This document shows positions 1 to 6,258 of a stretch of DNA of 12,759 nucleotides, piece by piece. The notes below the pieces were generated by a model. That model was not told the origin of the DNA and made no database searches. It saw nothing but the letters and a program-made list of their open reading frames with translations. Both the position numbers and the translations under genes were made by a program. This stretch comes from a virus (taxonomy: Duplodnaviria; Heunggongvirae; Uroviricota; Caudoviricetes; Thumleimavirales; Hafunaviridae). The stretch spans positions 1 through 12,759 of IMG/VR virus record IMGVR_UViG_2974793816_000001; one strand, given 5' to 3'. Within the stretch, counting starts at the first letter, position 1. Every line of letters starts with the position of its first letter.

Positions 1-53
1 ACCGATTCCGCCGGTTTCAGGGGCCGGAGAGATACCGGATAACGGCCCGTATG

Positions 54-278
54 GACGGCCCGAGAGACGGGACGAGAGACGGCCCGCGCGGGACGGGGGC
101 AGGGGGCCGGGCCGTATCGAGAGACGGACGGGCAGGGACGGGCAGGGACGGGCCGGGGGCCGGGGCAGGGGCAGGGAACCAGCTACGAACAGGCAGGCAC
201 GCCGCCCGCGCGTAGGGCGGTCAGCAACGTACATATCCGAGGGTACAAGCCCCCACGACGGGACGGGACGGGGGCCGG
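54..278 (+). repeat. Purine/G-rich degenerate short-repeat region with G-quadruplex-competent tracts
   Basis: GAGAGACGG x3 (62-70, 74-82, 119-127); tandem GGGCAGGGAC x2 (130-149); four G>=3 tracts at 90-111; nine at 130-176 with 2-nt loops; three more at 260-274. Very few T on the + strand. Confidence 0.85.
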
Positions 279-323
279 TTAGAACATTGAGTGTCTTTCC
301 GCACGCACAGTTTAGTAAGTCCC

Positions 324-346
324 CCTCAGAATTTTCACCTCTGAGG
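324..346. repeat. Perfect 7-bp inverted repeat CCTCAGA-N9-TCTGAGG
   Basis: Read directly: 324-330 and 340-346. It lies just downstream of the minus-strand HalOD1 gene stop. Confidence 0.7.
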
Positions 347-350
347 TCAG

Positions 351-355
351 AAAAA
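351..355 (-). terminator. Possible oligo-T terminator of the HalOD1-domain gene
   Basis: AAAAA on + (TTTTT on -) about 9 nt past the TGA at 364-366. Archaeal intrinsic terminators are oligo-T, but this tract is short. Confidence 0.35.
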
Positions 356-363
356 TCGGTTTT

Positions 364-918
364 TCAGACGAGTGGTGGGGTCGTGGAGAGAGCTTTGTTG
401 ATGGCTCCGAGGAGGACGAGGCCAGCTCCGACGAACAGGTGTTCTCCTTTCTCGGGGGAGAACTCATCTGATTCACCCCCATCTGTACGGCACGGTGTGG
501 ACGGCCTCTCGTGTCGGGAATGTTCGGGGACTTCCACGACTTCTTTCTCTGGAGTGGCTAAACGCATCGAGTGGGGAGTCTCCATCTCGCCTCTCTCGTG
601 TGCTTGGAGGTCGCCGTAGATTGCGATTTTGCCGCACGAGCAACAGAACACCTTGTAGTCGCCGTAGTGGAAGGCGACCCCGGTGTTGTTACAGCCGTGG
701 ACGGTATCTCGGTTGGGGAGCTGGTCGAGCCAATCCGCGTCGATGGAGTCTTCCAGATGGAGGGGAGTAGTGGTGGGGTCTACGTCGAGGAGGTCAGCGA
801 GTTCCTGTATGACTGAGATTGAGAGTGAACCCGGCCCTCTCGCGTCGTGTGCCCCCCGGCTGAGCAAATCATGTTCTACATCAACGGCAACATGGTGGCT
901 GTGTATCGGGTCGGGCAT
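364..918 (-). CDS. HalOD1 (halobacterial output domain 1)-like protein with C-terminal extension and hydrophobic tail, 184 aa
   Basis: SLSISVIQELADLLDVDPTTTPLHLEDSIDADWLDQL...VAFHYGDYKV fits the HalOD1 pattern as I recall it (V..vA...vdp....L...iD.d.Ld.l...v.F.y.gy.V). Acidic; has a TDGG motif common in haloarchaeal small proteins; upstream TATA-like element. Confidence 0.75.
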   Translation of the reverse strand: MPDPIHSHHVAVDVEHDLLSRGAHDARGPGSLSISVIQELADLLDVDPTTTPLHLEDSIDADWLDQLPNRDTVHGCNNTGVAFHYGDYKVFCCSCGKIAIYGDLQAHERGEMETPHSMRLATPEKEVVEVPEHSRHERPSTPCRTDGGESDEFSPEKGEHLFVGAGLVLLGAINKALSTTPPLV

Positions 919-941
919 ATCTAAATAGCAATCAGGAGGGG

Positions 942-955
942 TATTAAGACTTATC
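942..955 (-). promoter_or_regulatory. Candidate BRE/TATA for a leaderless HalOD1 transcript
   Basis: Minus strand reads GATAAGTCTTAATA, ending about 23 nt upstream of the ATG at 918, which is the usual spacing for leaderless haloarchaeal mRNAs. Confidence 0.5.
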
Positions 956-1018
956 GCAGTATCTTCTTCTTAGGATGGTACTCAGACTCATAGATTTTCT
1001 GTGGTTAGATGGCAAGTA

Positions 1019-1041
1019 GGAGATACCGCAGGAATATCTCC
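1019..1041. repeat. Perfect 7-bp inverted repeat GGAGATA-N9-TATCTCC
   Basis: Arms at 1019-1025 and 1035-1041. Confidence 0.7.
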
Positions 1042-1091
1042 CGGTAATGTGTCAGTCTTCCCGAGAGGTAGTATTTGAACACCCCCCATCC

Positions 1092-1108
1092 TATATAAAC
1101 CCTTTACC
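1092..1108 (-). promoter_or_regulatory. Consensus archaeal promoter (BRE + TATA) facing leftwards
   Basis: Minus strand reads GGTAAAGG-G-TTTATATA: a purine-rich BRE directly upstream of a consensus TTTAWATA box. Predicted start near 1068. The + strand reads TATATAAA but has no purine-rich BRE. Confidence 0.65.
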
Positions 1109-1171
1109 ATTAATAGGAGTGTAGGAGTGAAGCGACGACGAAGACCTCCTACGGTGGCATCTTCTCTGGAT

Positions 1172-1285
1172 TTCTGAGCTGGTGACTCAGAATCTTCTCT
1201 CTGGTTCTGTTTTCTGTCGGTTTTACTCGGGTCTTTTCACTTTTTCTTCTAACCCGAGTTCTACTCTTTCTAACCCCGAGTTAGA
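1172..1285. repeat. Cluster of inverted and direct repeats upstream of terS
   Basis: TTCTGAG-N7-CTCAGAA (1172-1192); ACTCGGGT (1225-1232) inverted to ACCCGAGT (1252-1259); direct repeat TTCTAACCC(C)GAGTT (1247-1260, 1268-1282); hairpin TCTAAC-N5-GTTAGA (1269-1285); T-rich + strand. Confidence 0.7.
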
Positions 1286-1326
1286 GAAAACGACTCGATG
1301 CGGTGAATCACTTTTAGTAACTCACA

Positions 1327-2103
1327 ATGGCTCAGGCAGAGGTAACAGGCTACACGGTTCAGGAACTCGCTGAACTCAAGTTCGAGTATCAGCAGACTCC
1401 GAAAGCCGAGAAGGGGATTCCCTTCGACACAGCCTACTGTCTTACTCGGATTGGTAAGCAACCCGAGGATTACGATGGGCCAACACGATACTGTTCAAAC
1501 CGAGTAGCCCGCCTCGATGATGGTGGGCACGCTCATTCGTGCCGATTTCACGGCGCGAACCAAAACGCGAACGGCAACAACGACAATCTCGAACTTCTCG
1601 CGGCAATCAAACACGGAATGTACGCTACTGACGAACACTTAGAGGAGGTTTTCACCGACGACGACCAGCGGCTCTACGACTTCATTATGTCGTGGGCTGA
1701 CGCCTACGGCTGGCCGTCCAAGGACGAAGACCCCGCTCGATACGACCTGCTTGAGCAGGCGGCGATTGCCCGTGTTCGTGTAGCCCGGTCGTCCAAATAC
1801 ATCCTTGACGAGGGTGAGATGGACAGACAGGAAGTGTACGACGAGAACGGGAATCTTCGCGTTATTACGGATGCTCACGGTCTGAGCGAAGACCTCCGAC
1901 TCAAGCAGAAGCTCATTCTCGATATTATGAAGGAGCTTGGCTTGACGCCGAAGGAGGCGTCCAAGATGAACACGGACGAGAAGACCGCGAGCGCGACGGA
2001 ACAGCTCGCCGCAGTTGCGGCGGAGGCTGTTCTCGGTGGGGGAGAGGACGGCGAGGAGCCGTCGTTCGACCCCGACGACGAAATATTCGATGACGATGGC
2101 TGA
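1327..2103 (+). CDS. terS: Probable terminase small subunit with N-terminal Cys3-His (HGGxSTG-like) domain, 258 aa
   Basis: First large + strand ORF upstream of terL; C..C..CRFHG followed by AIKHGMYA; helical core; C-terminal KELGLTP motif typical of small terminases; acidic tail. Confidence 0.7.
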   Translation: MAQAEVTGYTVQELAELKFEYQQTPKAEKGIPFDTAYCLTRIGKQPEDYDGPTRYCSNRVARLDDGGHAHSCRFHGANQNANGNNDNLELLAAIKHGMYATDEHLEEVFTDDDQRLYDFIMSWADAYGWPSKDEDPARYDLLEQAAIARVRVARSSKYILDEGEMDRQEVYDENGNLRVITDAHGLSEDLRLKQKLILDIMKELGLTPKEASKMNTDEKTASATEQLAAVAAEAVLGGGEDGEEPSFDPDDEIFDDDG

Positions 2104-2359
2104 ACTTGAGAACTTCTCCGCTGGCTACGCTCTGGTGCGGGACGCGACCGTTCAGACGTGGGCGGAGGAAGAAGCACACATGGACGTTGACCTGTACGAC
2201 GAACTGGCATACCACCTTGGAGAGCCGATTATCGGCTTCGTAGGCGGTCTTCACTATCAGTTCCGTCCGTCGAAACAGCTCTTGACCGACCAATGCGCCG
2301 TTCCCCGGCGCGACCGGGGGCGTCGGGTCGGCGGTTCAGCTCTGCTGGTGAGGCGGTGA
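2096..2359 (+). CDS. Small haloarchaeal protein (DUF5802-like by recollection), 87 aa
   Basis: Probable start is the ATG at 2096 (MAELENFSAGY...), overlapping the terS stop; the track's extension from 2015 is Arg-rich and non-halophilic. The E.FS.GY start and ...AVP...LL end resemble the DUF5802 family as I recall it. Confidence 0.6.
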   Translation: MAELENFSAGYALVRDATVQTWAEEEAHMDVDLYDELAYHLGEPIIGFVGGLHYQFRPSKQLLTDQCAVPRRDRGRRVGGSALLVRR

Positions 2360-2366
2360 ATTACCT

Positions 2367-2498
2367 ATGAATTGCTATAACTGCGGATATAACGCTCCTG
2401 ACGGCGGGAATTGCCCCACTTGTGGTGTTCTTCTTGGGGCTTTCCGCATCGAGGGGCGAACACGATACAATGGACAAAACGGACAGCTCCGAGTATAG
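2367..2498 (+). CDS. C(P)xCG-type zinc-finger microprotein, 43 aa (not in ORF track)
   Basis: MNCYNCGYNAPDGGNCPTCGVLLGAFRIEGRTRYNGQNGQLRV: CxxCG...CPxCG. SD-like GGTGA at 2356-2360; starts 7 nt after the previous stop. Confidence 0.7.
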   Translation: MNCYNCGYNAPDGGNCPTCGVLLGAFRIEGRTRYNGQNGQLRV

Positions 2499-2577
2499 TG
2501 TCTCCGAGGACGGCAAGCTCGTCCGAGAGGAGACTGAGGAAGCGAATTTCGAGGAAAATCTGACTTTCGAGGACTAA
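2470..2577 (+). CDS. Acidic microprotein, 35 aa (not in ORF track)
   Basis: MDKTDSSEYSVSEDGKLVREETEEANFEENLTFED: halophile-like composition; fills the gap exactly, with TAA 2 nt before the next ATG (2580). Confidence 0.55.
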   Translation: MDKTDSSEYSVSEDGKLVREETEEANFEENLTFED

Positions 2578-2579
2578 GA

Positions 2580-2774
2580 ATGACTGAATCCTGCGAAAAC
2601 TGCGATTGCGGCCTCTCTGAGCCGGATTTCGAGTACGATACGGTCGAATTTGGCCTCTCGCTCCCCCTCGCGTCGATTATGGACGGTCATATCCGTGGTA
2701 GCACGGATGTTGACCCCGCTGACGTGGAGAAGGTGGAGATTTGCGGCGATACGGTCACTCTGACGTTCCGGTAG
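2580..2774 (+). CDS. Hypothetical acidic protein with N-terminal CxxCxC, 64 aa
   Basis: ATG start, acidic composition, tight packing with neighbours. Confidence 0.7.
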   Translation: MTESCENCDCGLSEPDFEYDTVEFGLSLPLASIMDGHIRGSTDVDPADVEKVEICGDTVTLTFR

Positions 2775-2811
2775 TCGTTTTCACACCCCTCGATGCGGCG
2801 AATCTCTCTAA

Positions 2812-3018
2812 ATGAACCCCTACGAGCCGGTAAAGCGGTCTAAATCTGAACCATACCCCCGAAGTAATACTCCTTCGGACGGCGAAGCCGTCGGATTGGA
2901 GTTTGGAACCTCTGGTGTAGAGCCAGCGAGGTATCTCATCGAGGATTCTCGGAACTGGTATGCGTGGATTGAGGCACTTGACGGCGATTCATACGTCGAT
3001 TTAGCCGAGATTCGGTAG
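2812..3018 (+). CDS. Small haloarchaeal-type hypothetical protein, 68 aa
   Basis: Acidic; the C-terminal WIEA...YVDLAEIR resembles widespread haloarchaeal small proteins ending WI.A...(F/Y)V.L.E.R (DUF7511/DUF7331-like, from memory). Confidence 0.65.
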   Translation: MNPYEPVKRSKSEPYPRSNTPSDGEAVGLEFGTSGVEPARYLIEDSRNWYAWIEALDGDSYVDLAEIR

Positions 3019-3021
3019 TTC

Positions 3022-3093
3022 AGGGCCTTAGTGTAGTGGTTATCATCGAGCGTTTGGGACGCTCGGAGGCCGGTTCGATTCCGGCAGGCCCTA
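3022..3093 (+). tRNA. tRNA-Pro (anticodon UGG), intronless, CCA not encoded
   Basis: Hand-folded cloverleaf: acceptor AGGGCCT/AGGCCCT; U8 A9; D-arm GTGT-AGTGGTTA-TCAT; anticodon stem GAGCG/CGCTC with loop TTTGGGA (TGG at 3055-3057, G37); T-stem GCCGG/CCGGC with TTCGATT loop; discriminator A. Confidence 0.93.
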
Positions 3094-3095
3094 TC

Positions 3096-3102
3096 TTTTT
3101 TT
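3096..3102 (+). terminator. Oligo-T (T7) terminator/attenuator after the tRNA
   Basis: TTTTTTT 2 nt after the discriminator base and 8 nt before the terL ATG. Confidence 0.6.
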
Positions 3103-3110
3103 ACTGATTT

Positions 3111-4802
3111 ATGGAGGAAATAGCCGAAAAGTTCGCCTCTGAGAGCGATGCTGACGTTGACGCATTGCTTGAGAGGTGGAACGGTCGCCCCGACCTTCTC
3201 GCGGAGGATATTCTCCGGGCGAAGAATCTGGAGACGGACGAAATTGAGCCGCTGACGCTCTTTCGACCGTACCAGCCCCGGATTATGCACGCCTACTTCT
3301 ACGGCGATGCTAAGATTCTGAACATCTACAAGGGGCGGCGAATCGGTGTTTCCTACGTAATCGGTATCTGTATCCTGATTGAGGCGCTTCTCAAGCCGGA
3401 TACGTTCTACCCCATCCTCTCGAAGACGAAGGGGCAGTCGAACTCGCGGATTAGTGACATTAAGACGCTAATCAAGAACGCGAAAATCGACATTGAGCTG
3501 GAGAAGGACAATCAAGACGAGATTGTTCTCTCGAACGGCTCGCGCATCAAGGCGTACACGGGCGACCCGGACTCCGCTCGTGGTGAAGACCCGCCGAAGA
3601 CGGTTTTCATTGACGAGATGGCGTTCTTGGAAGACCAGAGCGCCACCCTCGATGCGTATTTGCCGACGATTTCTCTCGGCTCCAGTCAGATGGTTCAGGT
3701 GTCCACTCCGAAGGCTCCGAACGACGAGTTCATGGAGGCGAACGAGCGGGGGACGCCGGATGGTCGCAACGACTTCGGGATTCTCGCGCTGAAACAGCCG
3801 ACGTTCAAGAACGCCGACGAGATTCAGACGGACGTTTCGCTGTTCGAGCAGGACGTGGAACCCGTCCGGGGCGACTTCGACCTGATGGCGGCAGAGACTC
3901 AGCGAGCCAGCGACCCTAACGGCTTCGCACAAGAGTATCTGTGCCGCCCTGTGAGCGACGAGTACCGCTTCTTCTCTATGCCTACCATAGAGGCCGCGAT
4001 GGAGCGGGGAGGCCAGCAGGACTACTCCTACGGCCTCAGGCGGTACGAGACTCCCAACACACTCGTTATGGGTGTGGACATTGGGTTCAACTCCGACGAC
4101 ACGGCGATTGTGGTCTTTGAGCATGAAGGCCCGCGTCGGTATCTCCGCTATCACGAGGTCGTGAACGACCGCGTTCTCGAACAGGCGGGAATCACTCCAT
4201 CGAGTCGGCAGAACCCGGCGGCGGTGGCTGAGAGAATCGCTCAGGTCTACAACGGAATGGGCGTTTCAAACGTCGTGATGGACATGACGGGCGTGGGACA
4301 GGGGTTCCACGACGAGGTTCGCCGTCGTATCGGTCGTGGCTACACGGGCTTCAATTTCTCTGCGAAGGACAAGGTGGAGAAGATGATGGGCAACATGAAT
4401 TACGCCCTTCACAACGACCTCGTGTGGCTCCCCGAGGACGAATCCCTCCGTGAACAGCTCGGTGCGATTGTCAAACAGCAGAAAGAGGATTGGCAGAAGC
4501 CGAAGTTCACGGGGAAGGAACACGCCCCGGACGGAAAGGACGACCTCGCTATGGCGACCGTCCTCGGCGCGTTCCCGCCGAACTTCAAGTCCGACAAGTC
4601 GCGGAATCTCCAGCAGAGAGAGAACGTAACCCCTCCAGTTCAAGTGGAACAGTCGGGTGAGCGCGACGGATGGGCGGGATTGAAGATTTCCGGTCAGTCT
4701 TCGAGCGGTCGCGGGTATTCTCTCTCGCACGGGCGGAAGAAGCGCGGGTACGAATCACGAAACAGACGCCGCTCTACCAAGAGGCGGCGACGAACGTTCT
4801 AA
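3111..4802 (+). CDS. terL: Terminase large subunit, 563 aa
   Basis: Deviant Walker A KGRRIGVS (K.R..G.S type), Walker B VFIDEMAF, coupling motif VSTP, RNase H-like nuclease GVDIG and C-terminal DDLAMA; directly upstream of the portal. Confidence 0.95.
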   Translation: MEEIAEKFASESDADVDALLERWNGRPDLLAEDILRAKNLETDEIEPLTLFRPYQPRIMHAYFYGDAKILNIYKGRRIGVSYVIGICILIEALLKPDTFYPILSKTKGQSNSRISDIKTLIKNAKIDIELEKDNQDEIVLSNGSRIKAYTGDPDSARGEDPPKTVFIDEMAFLEDQSATLDAYLPTISLGSSQMVQVSTPKAPNDEFMEANERGTPDGRNDFGILALKQPTFKNADEIQTDVSLFEQDVEPVRGDFDLMAAETQRASDPNGFAQEYLCRPVSDEYRFFSMPTIEAAMERGGQQDYSYGLRRYETPNTLVMGVDIGFNSDDTAIVVFEHEGPRRYLRYHEVVNDRVLEQAGITPSSRQNPAAVAERIAQVYNGMGVSNVVMDMTGVGQGFHDEVRRRIGRGYTGFNFSAKDKVEKMMGNMNYALHNDLVWLPEDESLREQLGAIVKQQKEDWQKPKFTGKEHAPDGKDDLAMATVLGAFPPNFKSDKSRNLQQRENVTPPVQVEQSGERDGWAGLKISGQSSSGRGYSLSHGRKKRGYESRNRRRSTKRRRRTF

Positions 4803-4816
4803 TCTACTCTATTTAA

Positions 4817-6256
4817 ATGACTACTGGCAATTTTGTTGACCCTCCCGACGAGGGCGAGCGGATGGACTTCGCCGCCGACACTCCCAAGGGCGCTATCAAA
4901 GAGCAGGGACAAGGCGGTAGTGGTCGATTCTCCGGCCCTCGTTCTTCTGAGGCTCCGAAAGCGGAGATTGAGAAGAATCGGGATATTGTGCGAACCGACC
5001 CCCACGTTCACGAGGGTCTTTACACACTCATCGACTGGATTTGCGGCGACGGCTTCAATCTCGCTCCGAGCAACGTTCCCGGTACGGGAATCGAGCAGAC
5101 GGAGGAGGATATTGCGCCGATTGCCCTCCTACTCCACAACTCCGAGTTTTGGCGCGTATTCAACCAATGGGTTGAGTACGCGGCTCAGGACGGTCACTCG
5201 TTCATGGAGCTGGTCGTTCAGGACGAGCGGTTCCTTCCGCGCGTTCTCCCGACCGAGCGGATGCACAAGAAGACCGACGAGTACGGCTTCGTAACGAAGT
5301 ACGCTCTGGAGCCTCCGGGTGGCGGTGGCCCCGACGACGACGACGCGACGATTTACGACCCGCACGAGGTCGCGGAGTTGTGGTTCACGAAAGACCCGAC
5401 CGATGATTTCGGTCGGTCGTTCGTCGAGCCGATTCAGGAACAGGCGGATATGCTCCGCGATATGGAGTTTGACTACGCCCGGTTCGTTGCGACGAAGGCG
5501 TACCCGCCGATTCTCTGGAAGCTCGGAACCGAGGAAGAACAATGGTCGGAAGACCAGATTGGCGGCTGGCTGGACACCGTTGAGCAAATCGAGCCGGACT
5601 CGATGCTCGCGGCTCCCCACGACGTTGACTACGACGTAGTTGGCGTGACTTCTACTTCATCGAGTGCGGGTGCGATGAAGCTGGAAGGCACGTTCGAGCA
5701 TCTTCAGAACCGTATCGTCACGGGCCTCGGTATTCCGGCGCTCCTGATGAACATGGATGGTTCGACGGGCGAAGCAACCGCCTCGATGCCTGCTTTCAAG
5801 CGGCGTATCAAGCGGCTTCAAAACATCGTCAAGTCGGCTGTTGAGAACCAGATTCTCAAGTCGCTGATGGTGGAGTCCTCGCTGGACGAGTTTGACGGTG
5901 TGGTTCCCGAGTTTGAGTTCGGGGAACACTCGTCGGCTGAGAAGCGGCTTGAGATTGATAAGCTCATCAAGCTCTATCAGTCCGGTTTCCTCACCCGAAA
6001 GGCGTTCGCTGAGCGGGCTGGAATCGACCCCGAGGTTGAGCTTCCGTCCCCCGACGAGCTTTCGAGTGAGATTATTCCTCTGATTACGGAACTCGCCGGG
6101 CGTGGCGACAGGGTTCAGAATCCTGATGGTGGGCGTCCGACTGACACCGGGACTGGTGTAGAGTCGGCGGGTGGGGAGGTCAAGTCCCGAGAGTCGGGGC
6201 GTGATAGCTCGAAGGAGCGAAATAGACAGTCCATCACGGAGGATGAAAACGCCTGA
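4817..6256 (+). CDS. Portal protein, 479 aa
   Basis: Directly after terL; typical size; portal-like features (FG.S..E.I.....L., I...LGIP..L, coiled RRIKRLQ, long acidic C-terminal tail). Confidence 0.88.
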   Translation: MTTGNFVDPPDEGERMDFAADTPKGAIKEQGQGGSGRFSGPRSSEAPKAEIEKNRDIVRTDPHVHEGLYTLIDWICGDGFNLAPSNVPGTGIEQTEEDIAPIALLLHNSEFWRVFNQWVEYAAQDGHSFMELVVQDERFLPRVLPTERMHKKTDEYGFVTKYALEPPGGGGPDDDDATIYDPHEVAELWFTKDPTDDFGRSFVEPIQEQADMLRDMEFDYARFVATKAYPPILWKLGTEEEQWSEDQIGGWLDTVEQIEPDSMLAAPHDVDYDVVGVTSTSSSAGAMKLEGTFEHLQNRIVTGLGIPALLMNMDGSTGEATASMPAFKRRIKRLQNIVKSAVENQILKSLMVESSLDEFDGVVPEFEFGEHSSAEKRLEIDKLIKLYQSGFLTRKAFAERAGIDPEVELPSPDELSSEIIPLITELAGRGDRVQNPDGGRPTDTGTGVESAGGEVKSRESGRDSSKERNRQSITEDENA

Positions 6257-6258
6257 AA

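Noticed and set aside
54-278. Possible CRISPR array or iterons
   Set aside because: Units are 5-10 bp, degenerate and contiguous, with no constant 25-40 bp repeat and no unique spacers.
2-619. Open + strand frame from base 2 through the track ORF 287..619 (Arg/Gly-rich, then Ser-rich)
   Set aside because: Composition is not halophile-like; it arises from the T-poor G-repeat and the antisense of the HalOD1 gene; no start is visible for the upstream part.
2015-2095. Track start for the 2015..2359 ORF
   Set aside because: The extension overlaps terS and is Arg/Ser-rich; the acidic, family-like sequence begins at ATG 2096 (or 2090).
3022-3093. tRNA as an attP/attL integration scar
   Set aside because: It is complete, lies inside the packaging operon in the sense orientation, and no integrase or duplicated 3' half is present in the window. 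It cannot be fully excluded without the rest of the genome.
3330-3353. TerL Walker A lacking the usual GK(S/T) lysine, suggesting an inactive ATPase
   Set aside because: KGRRIGVS fits the known deviant K-x-R-x-x-G-x-S/T terminase Walker A; Walker B and the coupling motif are intact.
3111-4802. Intein, intron or homing endonuclease in terL
   Set aside because: Normal length; no C/S...HN splice motifs or LAGLIDADG/HNH signature seen.
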